From positions 210,047 through 274,046 of the forward strand of contig NIVC01001524.1 of the NCBI GenBank assembly GCA_002269645.1: a DNA stretch of 64,000 bases, in the 5' to 3' direction. How positions within the stretch are numbered: position 1 is the stretch's first letter; each line of letters opens with the position of its first letter. Shown here in pieces: positions 35,416 to 45,706 of this stretch. The position numbers and the translations under genes are program-made. Under the pieces are notes generated by a model. It was not told the DNA's origin and searched no databases. It was given only the letters and a program-made list of their open reading frames with translations. The DNA is from Macrostomum lignano. Taxonomy: Eukaryota.

Positions 35416-38400
35416 CCTTAATGGTTAGTATAAAAACTAATAAACCTTTATGATTGAAACATGAAAAAAGCAACTACACTTTTGTGTATGATCTTTGCCA
35501 CTATAATTACACCTAGGGGGCACAGGTAAAGCATCATCAAAACAAACAAAACAAAATTTTTCATCAGTTGTACTTGCTTGCTTAAGGAATGTTATATAAA
35601 TGCAAGATACTAGAATCTTTTAAAAACAAGTTTATCTTTCAGAGAAAAAATAATTGGTTTGATGTTTGGTTTAGCCATTTATTTTAGTGCACATTTTTAC
35701 GTTATAATCTAAGCAGTGATTTTGTATATTCATCAAGCTAATAAAAAATATTGTATTCAAATTTAACTTTAAAAGTTAATATACTTCTTAAAAATTAAAC
35801 CAATTACAAAGTTTAAAAATATCTAAAAAAGATTTTGATTTTTTATAATACATTTCAACTTTCTTTACATATCTCTAGTTGCAAACAACTTTAAATTTTT
35901 TTTAAACTTTGTTGATTATAAAATTCTATTCTAGTGAGGTAAAAAATAATTTTTACACTTCTACTTCAAGTATTATAAGCATACATGTGCAACATCTAAA
36001 ATTATGCTCATTGTATGACTTGGTTTTGACTAAAAATGCAACTTAGTTTGTTCTTTTTGTGACTTAATAATTTGTACAACTTACCTAAACATTTATGCAA
36101 ATTACCTAATCATTTTTGCAATTTGGTTTTATTGCAACTTGTTTTAATTTGCTTTATGATTTTCATTTGACATTTACCTATAGGCCTACCACTCTTCTAC
36201 TCTATACTAAATCTTTAAATATTAAACATACTAAAATGATATTAAATAACATCAATAAATGTAATTGTTATCTTTATTAAATAAAACATACTCCAGCAAT
36301 AATAATAAATTTAACCTATAAGACCTGACTGCATTATCTATATTGTTATCAAAAACAAAAATATTAATTAAATACAGATATCTGAAGAATAGGCCTAAAT
36401 TTATTTTTTGCAAAATAAAACTTACTTGTTAATGTTTATATTCTATAATTATAGTACTAATTAACTTAATAATATTTAATCTTGAAAATTCAAATACTTG
36501 GATTAGAACTAAGGCAGACTTTTTTTCTTTATGGCTATAATAATAAGGTTCTATATAAAGCACTTCATTTTTTTATTTAGACCAAGGTCTATATAAATAA
36601 AAAATGCCTAACTTTAGTTTTTTATAAAGCTTTATAAAGCTGGACAGCATGAAAAAGGAGCTATGCATGTCAATAAAAGTGATTTAAACAAGCAGTACTT
36701 TTAAATAAAGGTCCTAGCTAACTGCCTTGGAAATTGCTTGATTGACTAATTGCTTTTCAGCCTGCTCTATCTTCTGGGGAACATTTGCCTTTTGCTTCTT
36801 TAGTTCTTTATGCTTATTACCCAGCACTTTAATCTTATAGGCCTATTGATATTGCTTTAGCAGCTTTTTAGCCACCTTGCACTTCTCATTGTTTTTCACT
36901 CTGGCTTTTATAATAGGCCTATCTTTTTTCTCAAATAATGTTTAGTCAGTTTAGTGTCACTTTAATTGATCCACTTCAAGTTCAATTTGCTCAGCAAGTT
37001 AGCATTTGCAAGTGACCTCATTGGCCAGGTCTTGTTAGGTTTTCTGCTTTTTTAGTTGCTGGATTACCATTGCCCATATATAGGCATACACTATGCAGAG
37101 AGAACAAGAGCATTTGAGATTTCAAAGTCCATATACATAAAACCAGTTTGCTTTAGAAAGAAGCCAAGAACAAGAAGCAAGCAAGAATTAATTTAAACCT
37201 CTTCCAAACCATTACATTTCTTTGTCAGCAAGTCAAAGAGCAAATTTAAGACTTTTTCCATTGCCACATGGCATTTTTAGAGCATTGCCATTGGCAATAA
37301 GCTTTGCTATTAATGGGTATTGCTCAATGCTATAAATGTGGCATTAGAACTTAGTGGTAGCCTAGTGGGATCTAGACAATTTATATAGTATATTAGTATA
37401 TTAGGCTAGGCCTAGTATATTTGATATGGCTAAAAATTTATGCAGGTTTTGCTAAAAATAGAATATATTCCATAATTTCCACATCATAGGCAAAATTTCT
37501 AGTCAGATGAAGGATTTCCATAGCAAGTGGTAGTAGCACTAGGCCTATCTGCCTGGAAGTTGGGATTGCCCTTTTTCCTACTTTTAAAATCCTAGATTGA
37601 CCAAGCTGTTTCAAACCTTTTTATATATAAATAATTCTATAAATATGTGAGTCTATGACCATGGTCACTACATTGTCATTAGTTGCTAGATGAGGAAACC
37701 AAGTTAAGCCTACTAAAGTCAAGGGGCCTACTAATGCCTAATGACAATGGCAGTCTAGCAGATAGGCCCTAGGTCTAAAACAATATACCTTGTTATAAGA
37801 CTAGCGGCTAGGCCTTAAGAATAAGAAGGGCAGGGGGAACAGACCAACTATAGCATAGGACTAAACTTACATTTAGACATAGGCTTTCTCTAGCTAAAGT
37901 CATAGCCTCATACACATAGGCCTAAAGACTAGGTAGTAGTAGTAGGACCTAATAGTAAATAGGTAACTTGAGATCACTTTAGATTTCAGAAGAATTGATA
38001 GGCCTAGGTAGGCCTAGAAGCTAAGCTATAGGCCTAGCCCTAATTGTAGGCCTAGGTCCTATTCTATAGAATTGTAGGGGCCTATGGCTATATATGAAGA
38101 TGAGAATTTTCAGCAAAGCCTAGACCTTAGGCTTAGTTAGCTGCACAGCTAAGCAAAGCTGCAGAGTAAATAACTTCCACAAGGAGAATGTAGGCCTATT
38201 CTGCCAAGATTTTGCATAGCATAGGCCTAGGCCTATGCCTATGGCTATGGAAAAAATAATTTATGGAGGAATATGGAATACAAAAAAATTTATAAATTTA
38301 TACAGTATCGCTTCAAAAAAAGGAGGATCCGCAGCAGTTTCAGTCCAAGTTATTGTGGTAGTTGGGTACCACCGATTGATTATTTGCTCTCATTTGATTT

Positions 38401-39074
38401 TAATAACATTACAGTTTCTGGACGATAAAATTATGCGTACCCTATTCTGGTCCCCGTTAGTCCACTCCCTGGCGCAAGTCATGACGTATTTTTGCCCCCT
38501 TTCTGTCCCCCTTGCCCCATTTCCTGGCGCTATATGACCAAATTGTGTTTTCTTTTGTTTTACTATGTATTTCTGCGGTAATTTTGTTGAATCCTTTTTT
38601 GGCCTTTTGAGTTTTCGCCCCTCCCCAGTTTCTGGGCCTCGCCAGCCTTTTTGTGTCCTGTCTCCGGGTATTTATTCCCGCCCCTTGCGCCTGTCCCCTC
38701 CTCATTTCGTTGCGTTGCGTTTCGTTTCGTTTCGTTCGTTCGTCTTTTCCTTTCCGTTGCCTTTGCCTCCCCGTCTCCTTCTGTGACGTCCCGGCCTCTA
38801 TAACTTCCTTCAGGGATTTCCTTTTTTACTAGTTTAATAACTTTAAGATAACTCAACTAACTACTGCCTGACCGAAAACTAATTTAGTTTAACTTTTTTT
38901 TAAGCGAAGGTCCGCACTAGCTGCGGCACCCCTGATCATCTATCGTCGGTTGTCTCTTAATTTACGCGCGTGAGACATAGTATAATATTTTAGCTGTCTT
39001 TTGTAATAACTCGTTAAGCAATAAACTCGCATTAATTTACTACAATCCGTTCTTCGATTAAAAGCCATAGCTTA

Positions 39075-39509
39075 ACTTAAGTCATTTACCCGCGTGGGGC
39101 GTAAAATAACCCAGTCTCTCCTCGAAGCAAGCTCTGAGACTTTTCAACGTTCCGTAATACGCAAATTACGGTGGTGGCAGCGCTACTCTACTGTTAGTAA
39201 CACAACAAGAATACGAGACACATTAAATTTACGGTGTCTGAGGACCCGCCATCTGAATGCTCGCGCCAAACGAAGACCGCTCGACTACGACCAAAAACTA
39301 CCCTCCCCCCGGGATTGAGGACCCCGGCAGACGGAGTATCTACGAGTTGTTTCTATCGGGATTCGCCCACGCAAATTTTCCGGATTTAATTCGTGCGAAA
39401 TAACGATGGCGCCCATTCGGAGGCCTGAGCCGCTCAAATTCGACATTAGATCAAGTGAACACCGGACAATCCCGACCACAACCAAGTCTAAATCGCCCCC
39501 ACCTCATTA
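39075..39509. other. Conserved non-coding module, copy 1 (candidate structured RNA)
   Basis: Ordered conserved blocks shared with 40393-40800, separated by variable linkers. Confidence 0.75.
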
Positions 39510-40392
39510 TGTTACATGCCACAAATGCCACAAATCGTTTATTTCATTCTAAACAGTTAGTAGGCCCCTAAATTTATAAGCAGAACTCTCTGCTTTTACA
39601 CATTTTGAGTTAAGCTTGAAATTAGAAATCACTTTGTTTTTATCCTCGTTTTATTCCTATGTTCTTAACTAGAAGACTACTTTTGTCTCTGCATGCACGA
39701 AATGCACGCCTGCATGCAGGAATCAAGCATAATGTTTATTTTTTTTTGTTCTGACTGAAAGCAAAATATCGTGCGGCGGGTGCTTAACATGGCTTAAAAT
39801 AAGGCCTATAACTTGTTTCAGTCGCGGGTTGCCACTGTTGAAAACAATAAAATTTTGCATGCAATTTCCAACCTTTCCACCATAAGTCAACTTTCCCCGC
39901 TGTTGGCCCATTTTTGTTTGCACGCGTTGGCGCTTCTTTTTCCTTTTCTAGCCTTTTTGGGCCCTTTTGCTGGTTTGTTATTATTTTTGCATTGCCAATC
40001 CGGTGTTTTTGGTGTGGCCCATCCCATGAATATTTTTGCCCACGCTTGCCCCATTGCAAGAACATGATTTTTGCCATTTAAATATTTCTCATTTTCTCGA
40101 TCCCACTCTGAACCCGCCTTGGAAAACCCGGAATACCCCCCCCCCTGAATTTGGCATTATTAGTTTTACTTGAACTCTTATCGTCTGCTTGGTGAGCATT
40201 TTTATTCACTTTTAGCCCCTCTCCTCACCCCACCCCGAATCCATCTAGGTAACCGGACTCAAGCTGTGCTTGTTTCAATTAGCCAACTTACATTAGAAAA
40301 TTTATCCAACATTTAAGCACATTAATTTTTCTTTGACCAATATAAAACCCCATTCTTTAAGTTCTTTGCCTTTCTAAGTTCTTTATAAGTTT

Positions 40393-40800
40393 ACTTAAGT
40401 CTTTTACTCAAGTTCTTTGAGTAAAACAACCCGAATTCTCAACTCTAAGCAAGCTCTGAGAAATAAACGTTCCATAATATGTAAACGGTGGTGGTAGCTC
40501 ACTACGCGCTACTCATAATAAGCTTCTAAATCGATCCGTATATTAAAACTCGGTGTTTGAGCTGAGGAGAGGACCCAATATGAACGCGACCGTGCCTGTC
40601 AACGACTGCTCGACTTCGACTTCAACTACCCTCCCCCGGAATTGAGGACCCCGGCAGACGGAGTAACCAGAAGAAATTTGCCGAGTTTCGACTGCGCGAT
40701 TTTCTGGCAATTAATTCGAGAGCGAACTGATCAACTCAGGCGGCAATTTAATTTGCCCAACCACCAACTACAAAATATTTCTCCACCCCCACCTCACTTA
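40393..40800. other. Conserved non-coding module, copy 2 (candidate structured RNA)
   Basis: Same block order as copy 1, including AAGCAAGCTCTGAGA, ACGGTGGTGG, the 42-43 nt core and CCCCCACCTCA. Confidence 0.75.
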
Positions 40801-40899
40801 AAATGAATTAATAATTTTAAGCGCTATTTTAATGTACTCAGTAAAACAAAAATAAATTACAAGATTTTATTTAAGAAATCGATAAGTGTCGTCAGCATG

Positions 40900-43140
40900 A
40901 CCAACCAGTTAATACCCAGAAAATCAACTGCGTGGTACCAGGTGAAGGCGACTCCAGCAGGGCTTCTCGGGCAGCTTCCAAAGATGTACAGCAGCCTTTT
41001 GGTGGGTTGTTGTGGTGTCCCGCACACAACTGGGGCAACCGCGGCACAAGTGCTCGATGTCATCGTCAATGTTCGGCCAATAGGACGGCCAGCTGCTTCA
41101 TCCTCTGCATTCTGAAGTGGCCAAGATGAAGGATTCTTAGCACATCCTTTCTGAGTCCCTTTCGGCACCACCAGACAGCGTTCGTGGAGAAGACACCTGT
41201 TGCTGCAGGAGGGCGTGTCCTGGAGCTTCCTCAGGCGGAGTCCTCGGAGTCTTCGGAGTCTTCGGAGTCCTCAACTCGTCTCTCGTGTGACGTGGCCACC
41301 ATTCTCAGCAGTATCGAATGACGCAGGAGATCACCGGGTCCTTTTGACGACTCCTTTGCCACGGCGGCTATGTCTGCAGGGCGCAGTTGAAGGCAGGACC
41401 TTGATCGCGCAGACCATGTCAAAGTCAGCTGCGCTTTTCTCCCCGTCAAAGTCTAGCTGGGTCGTCCTCGACTGGCAGGTGGCTTAGAGCATCGGCGTTC
41501 TCCGTGGTCCTTGGTTTGCCGGTACTCGACTTCGTAAAGTGAAGTCGTGCAGCAGGTTGCCCAGCGAGGCAGTCGGTTCGCCGACATCACCGGCGTCTCC
41601 TTAGCGGGCTCGAATAACGAACGCAGGGGCTATTGGTCCGTAATCAGAATGAACTTACGGTTGTAAAGGTACTAATAGAACTTCTTCAGGCTCCCAGGGA
41701 CTCCTTCTGGATTAGGGGGTAGCGTCGCTTGAGCGTCCGTCAGGGACTTTGAAGCGTTGGCAATTGGCTTAGCTTGCTCCAATTTGGGTAGCGGTGAAGC
41801 AGCACTGCGCCGATCTCAACGTCGGATGCATCACAGCAGAGCCCGAGGGGAAGACTGGCATCGTAGTGAACCATTCACGTTCTCCGATAAGAGTTCTTCC
41901 TTGGTCCTATCGAAACCTCTGTTCCAGCCATTGTCCTTCCTCGTTAGGCGGTACAGCGGCTCCGCAATTGTTGACATGCTTGTAGTAACGATCTCAGTAG
42001 GAACTTCGAGTAGAGCTGCACCGAGCCTAGGAATGATCGGAGGCTGGATACATTCTCTCTTTGGCGTGGGCATCTCCCGGACAGCGTCAACCTTTGAGCC
42101 TTTGGCAATGCCATCCCTCGACAGAATGTATAGCCGAGGGACTCAACACAGGGCAGCGCTATCTTGCACTTGTTTTTTTCGATAACGGGGTCCTTTGTCG
42201 CTGACCCGTTGGAAAAGTCGACGAAGGTTTGCAATGTGCCAAAAGTTGATGAAGGTTTGTTAGTCGTCCAGGAAGAAGGCGACTCCCGGAAAGTCACCAG
42301 CCATCATCATTTCTATGATCGACTGGAACTCACCTACTGCAGACTTCCGTGCCGAAGGCAAGTTTTTTAAGTAGCACAACGCGATGAGTGCTCAGGGCTA
42401 GTTGCCTTTGACTGACGGACTCAAGCTTGACCTGGTTGTAGGTATCTGCCAGGTCGATTTTCGAGAAGCAGTGACTGCCGCCCTGCTTCTTTAGAAGTTT
42501 CTCTGGTAGTGGCAGTGGATGACGATTGTCGTCCACGCTGCGGGTTGACTTGACCGGCTGGCCGAAACTCGCGGCGCCCATCAGTTTACCGACCGAGATC
42601 CACAACTGCTTTGTTGCAGTCCGGCCCAACAGGTTTAGGTCGGGCACCTGGATGCCGTGCTGAGCTGACGACCCAGCAGAGTTTTTTCGCCGACGAAGGT
42701 TACTAAGGACCGGCATGTCGTGTTGGCTGGTGGACTCGTAGCGCCACTTAGTTTATTCTTTCAGCGTAGAATAACTAGCTTCCTCCAGAAAACCTTTGTA
42801 ATGAATTAGTTGCCGTTCGTCGCAGTGTCGATTTCTACGACGTGATCTTCATTTTGGATGCGGATCAGCAATTCAATTTTCGGCATCTCGGGGTCAGTGC
42901 CTGAGACTGCATTACGACGACGTGATTGCAGATGTGCAATCATGTGCAACCATGTAGAGTTTTTGAAACGGCACTCGTTGTCTCGATGGCTTGTCGAGCC
43001 GCAACGGTAGCAACGGTCTCTTTGAATTTTGCGATGCAGACGCCGGCTTTACGGGTGTAGCATCGGGTTTCTGGCCTCCTGCCTGACCTTGCTAACCGGG
43101 CAAGGCTTGTTCCCGTGGGCAGTTTCATTCGCAACACGAG
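40900..43140 (-). pseudogene. Degenerate Ty3/Gypsy gag-pol relic
   Basis: Fragments FSKIDLADTYNQVKL...LALSTH, KC..ALPCVESLGY, LRSFLGSVQLYSKF, IAEPLYRLTRKD, all in broken frames. Confidence 0.7.
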
Positions 43141-43719
43141 CGGGCCGGATAATTATATCATTATAAATATTATACCATTATTATTAGAGAGCAAGTCGGT
43201 GTCACCTGCAGAAGGAATCAAGTCTCTGTATTGAGTGATTTCGGAGCCATTCAATGTTAAAGTTTCCGCCGGTTCTAGTTTATTTAGATGGGAAAAGTCC
43301 GAGAAATTTAACTTGAATTTGCCCAGCTGTGTCAGCACACTCAGATATAAGATAATTAAATTATTAGAACGTGCTAGTGTTGTGACATAGCCTCATCTAG
43401 AATTTCGCAGGCTCCCTTCAGCGGGCGAGCCTGGGATCGCTTCAGTCCGCTGGCCGGACTGACTTCAATAACTACTAAGCGTGTGAGATCGCGTCAAGAC
43501 ACTGAGCCGGTCCGTCCCTAGATCCCACACCTCGTACATCCCCGAAGACAGTATTCCCACGCAAATAAAGCGGGTAAAACTCACTGTTTTTTTTCTGCAA
43601 GGAGCCAGTAGCTGCGAATCACTGTGAGAGTGAGGCAGAGCGGCCGAGAGGTGTCTAATACAAATGCGTTGCTCGTTTTAAAATAGATTGAGTCTAGAAT
43701 AGATACTAGCTGGTTAGAA

Positions 43720-44027
43720 GATCGCAAGCCTAGAGAAGTTCAAGCAAATGCTGTGAAGACCTGCAATTCCTGGAGACCCTGCAGCACCCTGGAGTACAGC
43801 GCGAAAATTTCCAGCACCGATTGGCCCTCAAAAAGCTCGATTGGTCCGTTTATCGACAGCGCAATTTATTTTGCAAGGAAGCGGGCCAAGTCACGTTTAG
43901 CCGACACTATGGCTTTTTGAACTTCGTCTCAGATGTTGGCGGAATAATGGGAATTTATCTGGGCATGTCGCTGTTGACTCTGTATGAACTGCTTGAGCTA
44001 GTCTACGATTTGGTGATGTCGCTTTGA
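43720..44027 (+). pseudogene. DEG/ENaC 3' relic (psi-1)
   Basis: C..WRPCSTLEYSAKISSTDWPS in one frame and FSRHYGFLNFVSDVGGIMGIYLGMSLLTL in another; internal deletion. Confidence 0.8.
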
Positions 44028-44249
44028 GAAGATTCACAACAGTCAGCCGTTTTCGCCTTGAAACAGTACAAAGACAATGGCGCTTCTGACAGAAACAGGC
44101 AGTATGGACACCATGAGGACCTAAGAAGTACCTTGATTATTAAACGTGCATGTATAGGAACTTAGCTCTAGATTGTCAAATTAAGACGTTAGTATTTAAA
44201 ACGTTTATTAGTTCTTGACTTGAAACATAAGATGCATTGTAAACTGCTA

Positions 44250-44645
44250 TTGGGGCCGTAGCCTAATGCTCTAGCACGGCGCTCTGATGCGCCAGCGGCC
44301 CAGGCTCGGTTCCAAGTGCAGTCACATTAAAGTGGGGCTAAATTGAAATCTTGAATTGGGTCCAAAGCACAGTGAAGTGTACATGCCCAACGATAAATAT
44401 ACTCAGCAACATTGAAAAGTCGCCACCCTTTGCCCCAGTGAGCCGTGTGTTTTGACCAGCAATCCATTCAATCTTCGCCTTTCGCTCTTCCCAATCCCTC
44501 CTCACCCAGTTGCGTCACTTAAAAGTCAATCTGAGCTAGAATTTACTGTGTACTCTCAAATGTGGCGACTTCCTAATGTTGTTGAGTACAATTTCGCTTA
44601 GAGTGCCGTCAAGGTGCACAGAGCCCCTGACTCTTATAAAAATAC
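44250..44645 (+). mobile_element. tRNA-derived SINE, family B, copy 2 (interrupted by a MITE)
   Basis: GGGGCCGTAGCC...GGCTCGGTTCCAAGTGCAGTCACATTAA head and GGTGCACAGA...ATAAAAA tail match the other copies. Confidence 0.7.
44400..44588. mobile_element. MITE with ~27-bp TIRs and TA ends (Tc1/mariner-like)
   Basis: TACTCAGCAACATTGAAAAGTCGCCAC / GTGGCGACTTCCTAATGTTGTTGAGTA. Confidence 0.75.
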
Positions 44646-45706
44646 ATGTAGAGTAAAATAGGAAAACAATGTATATTCGCTTACATAATCGTTAAATAAC
44701 CAGCTTTGAAAAAAAGCATAGCTACAAGCAGAAAATAAAAAAAATTGTAATCTATGGTTCATTTATCACTCAGTTTTATTTTTCTGATGACACGCCGAGA
44801 AGCATAGTGGATAAATTTAAAGATTAAACAGCTACATGCCAATCGATATAAATTTAGTGAGACAAAACCTGAAGAAATGTTCATTAGCATGGATGACCTG
44901 CAGCACCTACAACATCCCCGTCTATAGCATCAGGTCATGATTTCAATGCCGGTTTATACTGGTTCTGTAATGAATTCTAGTCCAGAGCCTTTGCCTCTGC
45001 CCGTTTGCTGGGTGGGGTGTAGTTGTGCTTCGTGGATGTAAGGGGACGGGGTTGGTTTAGCGGGGTCGCTCTTGCCCGCTGCGTAGGCACTTGACTTGAA
45101 TTCTTGGGTTGCTTGCTTTCTTTTGCTTGCTTTCCTCGTTTCTTTTACGCTCGTACACACCTTGACTTGACATAATGAAATTCGCTTAAACTATACACGC
45201 TTCTCGCCGTCACACATGTGCCTTTGCTTTGTTCCTTTCGGCTCAGTTGGCTAATTGTATTGAATCATATTCATTCATGCAATTAAAATTTCACATAAGC
45301 ACTCCGATAGCGGCTTTTAATTTCTCGGTCATGGCATGAAAATGCCAATGATGAATGCAGAATGGAAGATTGTCTAAAATACAAAGGACACTAATTGGAA
45401 CGGTCGACGTGAAAAGTCCCTAACTAAACACTTCCGCAGTTTGTGAATTTCTCACTGCTACGTTAATTCTTTAACCCATTTAGTATAGAGCATTGCAAAC
45501 AATAATTTTTCTTGGCTTTGCGGTGTTTATACAGGTGGTGCGCTCTCTGGAGTGGAGCAGCTCTCCGTAACTAAGCAAGCCAGCTAAGAGTAGCAAACTC
45601 AGCTGCAGTGAACCCACAAAACTAAGAATAAGTAACTGGGCTGTGCAGACCAGCGCAGGTTGCAGACAGACACGAAATCGTTTCCTGATAACTTTGCTAG
45701 GTAACA

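Larger units (their letters stand above)
18800..38250. other. CpG-depleted, CTA/TAG-rich transposon-relic domain
   Basis: Hand count: 1 CpG in 37681-38250 (570 bp), whereas CpG is abundant from about 38300. Younger inserts (27146-32445) retain more CpG. Confidence 0.85.

Noticed and set aside
39125-39139. AAGCAAGCTCTGAGA resembles RNase P CR-I; the module was also considered as telomerase RNA, U3, SRP or a group I intron
   Set aside because: No conserved CR-V partner for P4, no CTAACCCTAA template, no C/D boxes, and no complete P/Q/R/S set in both copies.
43376-43660. Possible solo LTR (TGT start, AATAAA at about 43563)
   Set aside because: No matching second LTR, clear CA end or TSD could be identified.
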